This document shows positions 24,787-36,477 of a stretch of 64,000 nucleotides of DNA, one piece after another; position 1 is the first letter of the stretch, and each line of letters begins with the position of its first letter. The position numbers and the translations under genes were made by a program. The notes beneath the pieces are model-generated. The model ran no database searches and was not told the DNA's origin. It worked only from the letters and a program-made list of their open reading frames with translations. Source of the DNA: Tubulanus polymorphus (taxonomy: Eukaryota > Animalia > Nemertea); contig NC_134027.1 in NCBI RefSeq assembly GCF_964204645.1, positions 23,770,560 through 23,834,559 on the forward strand, read 5' to 3'.

Positions 24787-25639
24787 TATCGATGTGAATA
24801 TTCTTCTGACGGAGTTTGTAGATGATTCGGATCAGGTGTTCATAGAAATGAGAAAGTTACGCGGTATCATCGGTTCAGTTATCTTCAAAATGAATCCATG
24901 GAACCATGTTTTAAGTGAAACTTAAGCCGCGTTCACACGATCATCACAGATGAATGGCGCGGATCAGTGGGAAGATTGTTTCGTTTCGAGCTCTCGCTGA
25001 AAGTTTTAGAAATATTATTCACGACCGTGCGTCTTTGCAACTGAGTTGCGGAAAAAGCAACCTCAATTTTTGTTTGAAAATAATCAATCAGGTGGTTGGA
25101 TTCGGGAATTTTGAATTAGGGGGAGGCACCAAATACATTCAAGGCCTAGTCGTATACGTATATGTTTGTACATGACAGTTAAAAGTCCTCAATAGGGGTT
25201 GATGGATTTCTTAGCGCGTATCGTGATTCTAGAACAAAATGGCCTGCAATAATTTGTCACTGTTTATAACTTTCTTAAGCCCGGTTTTGTATTTGGAAAA
25301 AATAGGGGGGGGGGGTCTGGACCAGGCTGCTTCAACCCCCCTTTCGACCTGCCTCTTATGAAAAAGGTAGAAACATCATCTTTGATGGTCATTTTCCTTC
25401 GAATTTTTCAATATAAAAGATTTGTTTAAGACTATCTCATGTAGGTGTATATATTTTACATGTATATAGCTGTAATTATGCGTCTTATCTTGAAGTTTTA
25501 CAAGTATAAATCAGGTGCAATAGAAAGAATGACATACATTAATCGCCCTATTTCCTTCGTAACTGATAAAATGTTTGCCCAATTTTTTTTTTAGTCTCAA
25601 GGTCTGAACACTTAAATGCGTTTCGACATTTCTCATTGG

Positions 25640-25845
25640 TGGACTCAGTTCCACAGTTGTGGTTTTAATTTGACTCTGAATCCAGATCCACAGTTTTGTG
25701 GGTTTAATTTTACTCTGGATCCAGTTCCATATGTTGGTTTATGTTAATTCTGGATCCAGTTCCACAGTTGTGTAGAATAAATTTGACTCAGGATACAGTT
25801 CCACAGTTGTGTGGGTTTAATTTGACTCTGAATCCAGTTCCACCA
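25640..25845. repeat. 39-bp satellite family S2, reverse orientation
   Basis: CTGGATCCAGTTCCACAGTTGTGTGGGTTTAATTTGACT; reverse complement of the 46030-46510 unit. Confidence 0.85.
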
Positions 25846-26122
25846 CAGGCAACCTAATTTCTTCCAATTGAAGGTCGCTTTCGACCCTAAGTTAAGATAT
25901 TTCAACGAGGTCCTGGTTTACTCTTATATCGTATACACTTAGTTTAAAAATTTAATCTACCCAAGTGATAATGCAGTTGAAGGCCCTTGATTTACCCAAT
26001 TGATGAAACACTATTCCGTGTTGTGGCGATAAATAGAAAATCCCATATTAACATAACGAAAGATTAAGTCCAAAAGTGTCCTTGAAGCTATAAATTTAAT
26101 TCTATGTCTATGAAACCGGCCC

Positions 26123-26187
26123 CTGATGTTTCTACCATATCCTAAAGATTCCTAAAGATGACTGATAGGATATGGTCGAAACATCAG
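26123..26187. mobile_element. Penelope-like palindromic remnant with degenerate hammerhead core
   Basis: CTGATGTTTC.ACCATATCCTA ... CTAAAGATGACTGATAGGATATGGTCGAAACATCAG, followed by AATAAA and (TA)n. Confidence 0.5.
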
Positions 26188-26243
26188 AAGAATAAATTTG
26201 TAGGAACCTTTTCAGACATTATCTTTCGTTACACTAGCGTGGG

Positions 26244-26414
<171 letters not shown>

Positions 26415-28517
26415 TCACAACACCGGACAGTGTTTCACCAACTGGTTATTTCACTACTAGTTCTTGTAGGCACCTATAGGTGGAACTATCAGCGATTTCA
26501 TACGGCCAGCGTGGCCAGTGTGCAGGATTCCCCTACTCGCTATTACCCTGGAAATGATTTAGATTCCCTGTATATGCCCTTTATTTACCTCGGTATTGAT
26601 CGATATTGCATAAACGTCTATTTAATAAATGATATATTTCGTATATATTCAGTATTATATCAGTGGGTAAGGTGTAAGAGAAAGTGTTTCTATTGTATTG
26701 GGTTAAGTATCGCTGGTTTATCGCTTCACTGATTCCGTTATGACAGACGTACTCGTGTTCTCTCCGTGTTTGTTTGTCGGTCGGTATGACGACCGAAAGT
26801 AAAAAGGCTTCAGCTACCGGTGCCATCTGTCTTTGATTATCCGAACTAAGTGCCTGCTCCGCATTCCGCAATGAAATGTCAACCCGTTGATTACGTTCAT
26901 ATCATTCGATGATCTTTCTCAGAAATCGCGTTCTTTCTGGTTAAGGCTTTTTTCTTCAATTACCCGAAGAATGTTTTGTTTTGAATTCATAAAACAATGG
27001 AAGGTTGAAGGGAATAGATATTAAAAAGTTTTCCTATTTGAGACATGAAAGGAACATGGTGAAGAGAACGAAAAGAAAGATTTTTTCCTTATGGGAGTAT
27101 TTTCCACATGGAATTTTAGATCGCGTAAAAAGATTAGAAAAAAGGAGTTCAAACTGTTTGACCAAGAGAATTAAGACGGAAATAGGAAGAAAAATTTTTT
27201 TGGGGGGGGGGGGAACAACAAAACGGGTTATGGAATTTCGGGCAGCGGAATGAAATTTATTTTTTCGTGGATTTAAAGCTAAAAAGATACTCAATTTTAG
27301 ACTCGCTACAGACCAACGTTTAGTTAATAAGATAACCGAAAATAACCAAAATAGCTCTAAGTTGATATCTGATCGAAAGCTTTGTCCACAGCTGGAATTA
27401 TACATTGATATGCGGTACGTCTTCGAACGAGTCCACAATCCACGATCTATTTTCTTTTCTCGATAGAGAGCTTCGTTTATACGACATAATGATTAATCGT
27501 ACAAAAATTCATTATCAACGCTGTGAAAACTGTGAACACCGATAACACATATCGAGGGCTTAAACAAGGTGAAAATGTTTATTTTCGAAAAGCTTTCGAC
27601 GTGGTCCTCGTTTATCGGCGACCATTTGTATGAAAATATTCAACTCCGAATGTGTTCAACATCAACGTTGTTTCAAATAAACTTACAAGTTTTCCATTCT
27701 TAAAATACCGAAAATCCCCATTGGGTTCAACAAAGAACCCTTAGTTCTAAGAGTGTATTTAACTTTATCTATTAAAATAAAAACGTAATCTCTTCTCTTA
27801 TCAAATTGAGTAGATTTTTTGGCGCAGTTTGCTCAATGCGGAACGAAAATGATAGAATATGATGGTTCATTCAAACTTGACTATCTTACCGGTCGTTTTG
27901 ACACTCCAGTTAAGAGTTATCTACTCAAATATTCCGCAGAATACCCCCCCCCCCCGTAAAAACTTAGAATTGGAATAGAAAATAGACACAAAAAAAAGAT
28001 AGATTCGAAAGTACCCGTTCGAGTCATGCGTTCACTCAGAACGCCTCTTTTCAACTCCCACGTGCATCGGGCTGGTCGTATCTACATTTCAGTCATCCAT
28101 ATGTATTTGTCTTTTTTTTCGCAAATGCTATTCGCATTCCGAGCCACGCCGAGATATTTCGAAACTTCGATTTGAAAATTTGAACCTTTTTACCTGTCCT
28201 ATTGTGCGAGTAACTTTAATTGATAAACATACACATACATATATATGCGTGTGTTTGTACGACGACGACGCGTCGTCACGGGGCTGTGCGTGTCTATGTC
28301 GCCCTCCGAAAACGAGAGAAAACCATTCGACTGTCAATTTGATAATTGCTGTAAGACGCTTGTAAGCCGTTTAATCCGTGGAGATCTTCACGGTGTTTAG
28401 AGTCGTTAGCGTTGGTAACAAATAGCAGACGCACGCGCAGTATACGAGACCACTTTCCAAATATATATTCTCGGGATCTGTCGGTATCCTCATCCGTCGC
28501 CCGCTACGGATATTGCG

Positions 28518-28580
28518 ATGTCGTCGAATAAAAAGTGGCGCGGCGCCGTCGCCAAGCCCGTTACATCGACCAGTTTAGTG
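28518..28580 (+). CDS. Candidate alternative first exon E (MSSNKKWRGAVAKPVTSTSLV, 21 aa)
   Basis: GCGATG start, GTG|gtaagt donor in phase 0, CpG-rich leader. Confidence 0.7.
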
Positions 28581-28984
28581 GTAAGTGGGCGTTTTTGACG
28601 AGACTGTTTCTTTTTCAAGATGAAGTTTTTTGAATTTTTGGCGTATTTGATATGGGTCCAGTTGTGCAATGATGAATGAAAAAGGTTTAATACTGGTTTT
28701 AGTTGTTGCTAGATTGGCTATCGATCCAAATTTGACTTAAATAAGGATAATTATGATAATGATAAGTGATAATCTATAATATGCTTGTTGGCTTAGAAAA
28801 TATGATTAAAATGGTAAAACATCAGTTGGACACAAAACATCATTTAACAATAAGCTACAGTAAACAGATGTGTTTTGATTTGAGATTGAAAAGCATGTAA
28901 AGATGTTGACTAAAATTGGTAATTGGTAAGGTAACTTATTCCAAAGAAATGGCGCACAAAAGTAAAACACTGAAATCTCAAGTT

Positions 28985-29950
28985 GTTGACTGGTCTTAAG
29001 TTGTTAGATTGGTTATAGAATCAGAATGAGTTTAGTCTAGTCTTAAGTTGGTAGATTGGTATAGAACCAGAATGAGTTTAGTCTGGTCTTAAGTTGGTAG
29101 ATTGGTTTAGAACCAGAATGAGTTTAGTCTGGTCTTAAGTTGGTAGATTGGTTTAGAACCAGAATGAGTTTAGTCTAGTCTTAAGTTGGTAGATTGGTTT
29201 AGAACCAGAATGAGCTTAGACTGGTCTTAAGTTGTTGGATTTGTTATAGAACCAAAATGAGTTTAGACTGGTCTTAAGTTGGTAGATTGGTTTAGAACCA
29301 GAATGAGTTTAGTCTGGTCTTAAGTTGGTAGATTGGTTATAGAACCAGAATGAGTTTAGTCTGGTCTTAAGTTGTTGGATTGGTTATAGAACCAGAATGA
29401 GCTTAGACTGGTCTTAAGTTGTTGGATTGGTTATAGAACCAAAATACACTCAGACTGGTCTTAAGGTCTTAATTTGTTGAATTTGTTTAATTGTCAATAT
29501 CAGTTTATACTTCTCTAAGTTGTTAGATTGGTTTAGAACCAGAATGAGTTTAGTCTGGTCTTAAGTTGTTGGATTGGTTATAGAACCAGAATGAGCTTAG
29601 ACTGGTCTTAAGTTGTTGGATTGGTTATAGAACCAAAATGCACTCAGACTGGTCTTAAGGTCTTAATTTGTTGAATTTGTTTAATTGTCAATATCAGTTT
29701 ATACTTCTCTAAGTTGTTAGATTGGTTTAGAACCAGAATGAGTTTAGTCTGGTCTTAAGTTGTTAGATTGGTTATAGAACCAGAATGAGCTTAGACTGGT
29801 CTTAAGTTGTTGGATTGGTTATAGAACCAAAATGCGCTCAGACTGGTCTTAAGGTCTTAATTTGTTGAATTTGTTAAATTGTCAATATCAGTTTATACTT
29901 CTCTAAGTTGTTAGATTGGTTAAAGAACCAGAATGAGTTTTAGACTGGAC
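28985..29950. repeat. Satellite family S1 array with about 195-bp higher-order unit in its 3' half
   Basis: 42/43-bp units; the block GGTCTTAATTTGTTGAATTTGTT...CAGTTTATACTTCTCTAAG recurs three times. Confidence 0.95.
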
Positions 29951-31125
29951 AGGATCGGGGTAAATTCCCTTTCCGCTTATTAATACGCCACCCTTGAATT
30001 CGAACGATGTAAATGAAATGATTTGTAGATTCGAAAAGTAATTTTTCATAGATTTAGGAATTTTCACTTGTCTCAGGCTGAAAGAAAGTAAAAGTCGCAA
30101 TCGCGAGAGCTTTTTCGACGCATGCATAAGTTTGGCCTGTGCCACATAAGGCCTCGGCCAATTGTTCCTACTTTTGCCAAATGGGTCCGTGCCTGTTCGA
30201 CACAGGCCACATTTGGATCAGCAACAGTACAACAGTATTGGATCAGGCCCACGCCATATCTTAGCATGGGTCAAATTATTCCATTTCGTTACTCTCCTCG
30301 CTTGCCGTAGCATAATTTTGATAGCATTCTAGCGAGCGAGTAATTGCGAATGTCTCTTAATTAGGCACAGGCTCTTTTTCTAGGGACTGATTAGGCACGG
30401 GCTAAGTATAGCCGCGTTCAGCGCTTTTGGCCCACGCCGAATTGACCGGGCCCCATCCGGGTCAATTCGGCCCTTGATAAATCATCTCCGCGCGATCATG
30501 GTTTACGATCCCCGGGGTCCGTTCTGGATTGACACGATCGCCTATATATCGAGCTGACGCGCTTGTTATCTTAACCTTCCAAATTCTCGAGAACTCTTCA
30601 AATTTACTATTCGTAACTGTACGGAGAATCCGTCGGCCTCGGTGGTCGTCACTTGTCATCGAAGTTCAAACAAAAATCCGCGATAAGATAAACTTTGCGC
30701 GCCGCGGCCGGCCGGTGATCATCGTGACCCATCGTCGAGTCGTTACAGTTCAAATACGTAAGATTATATATCAGCGAATAACTCGCGGTCTTGTGGACGT
30801 GTCTTGCGGTCGCTTCGCGAGGATTAATTAAATCCGCACGAACGATAATATTATTGCGAGAAACTCGTGAATTTCACGCTCGACGATTTCTTTTAATTGT
30901 TAAAAGCTTTGTGAACGTCGAGAAACGTTTGTACGTTGCGTACGAGTTGTTTTTGCATTAAACGGCGTATTTAGTTACTGGGCGTACGTCGATTCCGATG
31001 CACTTTTAAGAAGCGTCGCGAGTTCGGAATCTATTTCCGATTCGATGTGAATCTTATTTCGCGATCCAATCTACTTGATTTCGGATTTCGATTTAAACGA
31101 TTTGTGGTGAAAGATCTTCGATAAA

Positions 31126-31407
31126 ATGGCGTCAAACGAGAATACTACGGATACGACTGCGAAGAGGCCGTCCGTCGGAGGTCAGAGGCCATCCGTCGGA
31201 GGTCAGAGGCCATCTGTCGGAGGTCAGAGGCCATCCATCGGAGGTCAGAGGCCGTCCATAGGAGGTCAGAGGCCATCCGTAGTAGAAGGGCCGCCGAGGC
31301 GAGTTTCTACGATGAGTAACGGCGGGCGTAAGATTTCGAACATCAGTCTCGGCGGGCGTCGGATATCTGTCGCGATGGGACGGACGATTCTGCCAGAATT
31401 CAGTAAG
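31126..31407 (+). CDS. Candidate alternative first exon F (94 aa) with RPS(V/I)GGQ heptad repeats and RRxS motifs
   Basis: AAAATGG start, AAG|gtaaaa donor in phase 0, and an in-frame 21-nt tandem repeat at about 31163-31281. Confidence 0.8.
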
Positions 31408-31534
31408 GTAAAAAAGATTTTCTAAAAATGACGACGATTTACGAGGAGAAAAGTTTTACTCAAACTTTTGGTTTTTCGGTTTACGAACTTAAAAGGTCAA
31501 TATTGGGTCCCCGTTGCAGGGTGAGGTTAAAGTC

Positions 31535-31815
31535 TTTTGGTTCTATAGACAAACTAACGACTTAAGACTAGTCTAAGCCAATTTTGGTTCAATAAATAAT
31601 CTAACAACTTAAGACTAGTGTAAGTTAATTTTGATTCTAGAACTAATCTAACAACTTAAGACCAGTCTAAGCTCGTTTGATTCTATGGCTAATCTAACAA
31701 CTTAAGACTAGTCTAAGCTCATTTTGGTTCAATAACTAATCTCACTACTTAAGACTAGTTAGTCTAAGCTCATTTTGGTTCCATAACTAATCCAGCAACT
31801 TAAGTCCAGTCTTAA
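31535..31815. repeat. Satellite family S1 array, reverse orientation
   Basis: CTAACAACTTAAGAC(C/T)AGTCTAAGCTCATTTTGGTTC repeats. Confidence 0.85.
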
Positions 31816-33668
31816 GACCGCAGTTACTAGTGTTCTGTGTTAATTCCCTCATTTAAACACTGACTGCACGATACAAGTAGAATATTTGGAGATTCTTTAT
31901 CTTTAGGGTATCTTTGAAATTGTCAATCCTAATCATTGCATAAATACTTGTAAAAACCAGTCTTTATTAGTCGGCTACTATCGTTAATGGAGCTACATTC
32001 AGAAACGAAGAGCGTAAAAAATGTAGTGTTTGCCAAACAGAAAAAACAACTTCCCGCTTGGAAAACGCTTTATGCCTAAGAATTACGGAAACCTAGCAAC
32101 TAATGGCGCGACGACGACAGCAGCAGACGGATTTATCTGACGGCGGTTTTTTTACGTCTGTCGTTGTGACACAGTTGATTAATTCGCCGTGAAACTGTCA
32201 ACAAAACACGAACCTCCTCGACGACGACGGACGACAGACGAGGACTGAGGATTATCGAGGAAATCCAGGCACGTTCGTTTCCGAATCGGAATTCTTTGCG
32301 CATATACGCAGCGAGTACAGAACGAGGGTTTCCGCGAAACGTTCCGGTTCCTAGTCGAAATTCAAAATTCAAACCGAGCTCATCTACGTAAGAGTTAATG
32401 AAAATGCTAGTTAACTGGGTGAAGGTTTTGGATACGTGGACTTAGTTGGCGTCTGCGAACTTGTCACAGTTTTGTACATCGATTCTTGATTTTCTTGTAT
32501 CGGATATACCTGCGACTATTGCATAACCATCATGGATATCATCATGATAATAATCTACTTGGACCGCTCGATTTTGTGATGGTTTTGTGCATTGATCTGA
32601 CATGCTAATCTGCAAATCGTGGATACATCTTATCGTAATTTAGATGCTGTTTTTATTAGGACTAAAATTCTGGCTGCTGGTGTAGGTAGATAGCGCGCTG
32701 GTTTTATACGCAGGTTCTTGCTTTTTTCGGTTGCTAGTTCTAAGAAAAAGCCAATCCTGTTGTTCATCTTTGAACCAGTTCTACAATTGTTGCAGCTTGC
32801 GTCCACGACGTAGACCCTGTTCTGTAGTTGCTGCGATTCATAGATTAAGTATCGAAATGCGGAGTTGAAAATCGGTTCTTTTCGAATGATTTCAATTCTA
32901 AATTCATTGGCTCGAGATCAAATCATAACGGGACTCGTAAAACTGAAGCATAAAACCGACGAAGAAGATACACATTTCGATTGTTTTCTAGATACCAGCG
33001 ATATTCATATACAGATCGTATGTTCACGATAGGATTCGCATTGTCTTGGACTGAAGAAGCTGAGCCGTCGCGCATTGTCAATCAATCAATTAACTCTATT
33101 GATTTACTTAATGAAGTATGGATTGTAATTTGAGATACTTATGTATACACGCATAATACAATATATAGACGTAGCACAGGTGGAAGTTATCAAGCCCGGC
33201 CATTCCGTTGTTCACACCTCTGTACAGAACCTTCTGAGGTCCCCGCTCCTTGCTTTTTCGATGCGCACTTGCTGGTAAACTGTCGGGATTATCTCTCTTG
33301 GCAACTTGGAAGGATTAGCTCATAATCCCTTACAGGAAGGATTACCTAATCATAATATCTTAAGGAATATTTCACGGATTTGTGTACAACTTGAATTATA
33401 TCATTATTGAAATATTTAGAATCAAGTAAAGTGGACTTTTTGAACATTTTTATAACTTAAATCATTTCAATTTCGTAGTGAAAACTAACGCGCGAACGAT
33501 GTAGATCATTTTTCCTTGTTCTGAACTAGTCGAGTGGTAGAATTGAACGGACGTTCGTCGAAGTTGAACATTAGTTTATAGACGATCAATTGAAACGTTC
33601 ATTTTCGTTGAACGCTACTGCGGGATATTATAGCGCGATCGGTCGTTAATTCGACGATCCGCAAAAAA

Positions 33669-33716
33669 ATGACGAGTCAAAGAAGAGGATCTTTACTAAT
33701 CAACCCGAAAATAACC
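33669..33716 (+). CDS. Candidate alternative first exon G (MTSQRRGSLLINPKIT, 16 aa)
   Basis: AAAATG start and ACC|gtacgt donor in phase 0 (the same donor hexamer is used at 48357 and 53870). Confidence 0.55.
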
Positions 33717-33725
33717 GTACGTATT

Positions 33726-33887
33726 CAGTGTTTTCAATAAGAAATTAACAGCCAGGTCCCTTTGAAAAACCAGAGGGTCCCATAATATGTCAGTCCTAGA
33801 AATGAAAGCTGTTTTAAAAAACAGGCGGGTCCTTTACAACGACAGACGGGTCTGGGACCTGGGACCTGGCTCTTATTGAAAACACTG
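33726..33887. mobile_element. hAT-like MITE, 162 bp
   Basis: 17-bp TIR CAGTGTTTTCAATAAGA / TCTTATTGAAAACACTG, flanked by a CGTATT duplication. Confidence 0.85.
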
Positions 33888-34092
33888 CGTATTTTGAGGA
33901 AGATATCGACGAGCATTTCGGAAATTCTTTCCGGGTCAACGCGGAACCATTTGTCATTTCGTTGAAGTATGGGGGCGACTTGAAAAACACATTCATTTCA
34001 CGTCAATTTTTCCGAATGACATTTTATTTACGGGTAGGTTATTTATAGGTAGGCAACGTAGCGCGCTTACAGTGCGGTATGACGCTATCGGA

Positions 34093-34116
34093 GTTGCCAT
34101 GGCGATGCGTAAACAA
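34093..34116 (+). promoter_or_regulatory. RFX X-box next to a forkhead (FoxJ1-type) site
   Basis: GTTGCCATGGCGAT (34093-34106) then GTAAACAA (34109-34116), upstream of a motile-cilia gene body. Confidence 0.65.
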
Positions 34117-34455
34117 TGTTCGACGCCGCGGGACCGCAATCTAAATACGTCCTGTTTTGCGCTATTCACAATCTCGAGTGGAGATCTCGTGTCCCCATAG
34201 TAAAATCATAACATAGTTTTATTCGAGTATGAAATGAGTTAATGATTGTAATGAATAAATAATCTGAAGCCACTTGGAAATAAATCTAGATATGATTTAA
34301 GAATCGATAATAATAATAATAATTTATTGAGCCTACAATATTATATACATTCAGTATGAAATGAGTTACCTAATTCTAGGAATGATAGAAATACCCTGGC
34401 CTCTCTTTTAAGCAGGGAGGGAGTGAGGGTTTCGTGGGAATATAGATTAGGTGGA

Positions 34456-34677
34456 GAGGAGAGAATCCCACAATGATAATAAAAAGTCCGAAAATGAAAC
34501 TTCGAGATAGTAGTTTATTTCAACGTTTCGACTATATCCTAATAGTCATCTTCGAATGTTATAGTCGAAACGTTGAAATGAACTACTATCTCGAAGTTTC
34601 ATTTTCGGACTTTTTATTATCATTGTGGGAGTCTCTCCTCATCGCGTCAACACGGATATAGTGTTCTACCAATCGTG
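34456..34677. mobile_element. Penelope-like palindromic insertion with 14-bp target-site duplication
   Basis: Inverted repeat 34456-34640 with about 80-bp arms; direct repeat ATAGATTAGGTGGA at 34442-34455 and 34678-34691. The minus strand reads GAAGATGACTATTAGGATATAGTCGAAACGTTG. Confidence 0.7.
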
Positions 34678-34864
34678 ATAGATTAGGTGGAACTTATTTA
34701 TGGGCGGGAACCAATTTGGGAAGTTCGGGATCCTACCGATAGAAAACTTTTGAAGATTTTTAGGAAGTGTTTTAGGTTTAATTTGGCAGTGATTTTAAGA
34801 GGTACTCAATGAAGGAACAAACAAATGCTGGACTGTGCGGGACAATCAGTGATGATAAGATGTA

Positions 34865-35037
34865 CAATAGAATCCGCTTAAATCGGATCATCCCGGGGCC
34901 AACAAGTTTCATCCGGTTTACAGGAAATCCGGATTAAAATTCATTTCTTGTATAGTAATGAACAAATGTACTGAAAATAATGCCCGGATTAGATCATAAT
35001 CCGGATTAAGCCGATCGGGATTAAGCAGGTTTGACTG
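34865..35037. mobile_element. Tc1/mariner-type MITE, degenerate
   Basis: TA|CAATAGAATCCGCTTAA ... TTAAGCAGGTTTGACTG|TA. Confidence 0.6.
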
Positions 35038-35883
35038 TACTCTAAAAATCTTCTTTGATTAAAGATATTGGATCTCAGGATTTTTTTTTTGGGGGGGGGG
35101 GAGGCGCTTTTATAGCCAACGTGTACCTTAGAGAAAATACTTGACCCCACGGGATCCGAGGTAAACCAAGTCTACTGACGTTACTAATGACCACCTGATA
35201 ATTCAATCGATTCAGTATAATCAAAATTTGCGTATTCGAATATTTGATCGGCGCGCATTCACGGCAAACGTACGTGTACCTTATCCGGCAAATATTGCTT
35301 AAATACAGTTGAAATAAGCCTAAAATTCAATACCGACCATAGAATGAGAACTGTCGACGAATACCAACAAAATAAGGAGGGAACGTGTTATATTTACTTA
35401 GAAATCTAAGATTTTAGTAAATTTTATGTATTTACACGCGTATAGTGTTTGCCATTCGACCTCTTGCAGTAAATTTCCTATATTTATACGCGTATGCTGT
35501 TTGCTTATCGAAGTACTCGAATAAAGCGCCGACTCGAAGGGGAGCGCGTTGTCGTCGGTAAGCGCAATCGAGTCTAATACGAAACTATTAACGCGACTGT
35601 CGGATCTGTCGCTAATCGATTCCGATTGCCGGAGCCCGACGAGAGAGAGAGAGTCGTATTCATTATTCTCACTTCGCCTGGTTGTTAAGTGACGACTGCT
35701 GCTACGATTTAGGAGATTTATACGCGTATTCGTTAGCGCTGGATAGCGAAAAAAGCTTATTCGATATTTCTGCTTTCTCGATTACGCGGAATGTGTTGTT
35801 GAATTGTTTCTTTTTTTTCGTTCGGGGATTCGGTGATATTTTTTGTGATTTCTTTGACCGAATAAGCGATAGAATCGGCGAAT

Positions 35884-35922
35884 ATGTCTTTGATTACTAA
35901 AAAGGATATCAACGAATATAAA
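35884..35922 (+). CDS. Candidate alternative first exon H, most proximal (MSLITKKDINEYK, 13 aa)
   Basis: AATATG start with an in-frame TAA at 35863, AAA|gtaagt donor in phase 0, and a (GA)n/CpG-rich leader at 35520-35750. Confidence 0.75.
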
Positions 35923-36477
35923 GTAAGTGCTCGGTTGGAGAAAATGTCGAGATTGGTTTTCGTGGATGTTAAGTTCGTTCAGGTATATGATCAGATCGTC
36001 AGAGGCGTCTGTTATGCTTCTGTTAGTGAAACTAAGATCGTTTGAAAGTCATTTACAGTTTGCATCGATGATATTTTACACGACGAAGTAACATCAGTTC
36101 ATTCTTCTAAATGAATCATACCATGTTATGAGGGAAACTAAGTGTGTTTGAAAGTAGTCACTCGGTCAGTTTTTTTTTTTTAACACCCTCATTCTGCTAA
36201 GCGCCATATCAAATCCGTCTTATTTCAACCAGAAAATTACGCAGTATCATCGTGTGGATTGTCGGTTCAAAATGAATCATTGCATGAAGCCATGCATCCG
36301 TTATCCGATAAGGGGACCTGAAAATATCAGCAAATGACAGCACTTGGCACTGCGGACTCAGTTTTGGTATCCGCAAAGATGAAGCCAGCTTCGTGATTGT
36401 CGCAGGCATCTGTAGCGCTATGTTTTCAAATTTGTCTCTATATAGCGTAATTTGTGCGAATTCGAATGTATTTTCAG

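Noticed and set aside
34099-34200. ATG-initiated short ORFs starting in or next to the X-box
   Set aside because: No convincing donor in phase 0; treated as regulatory DNA.
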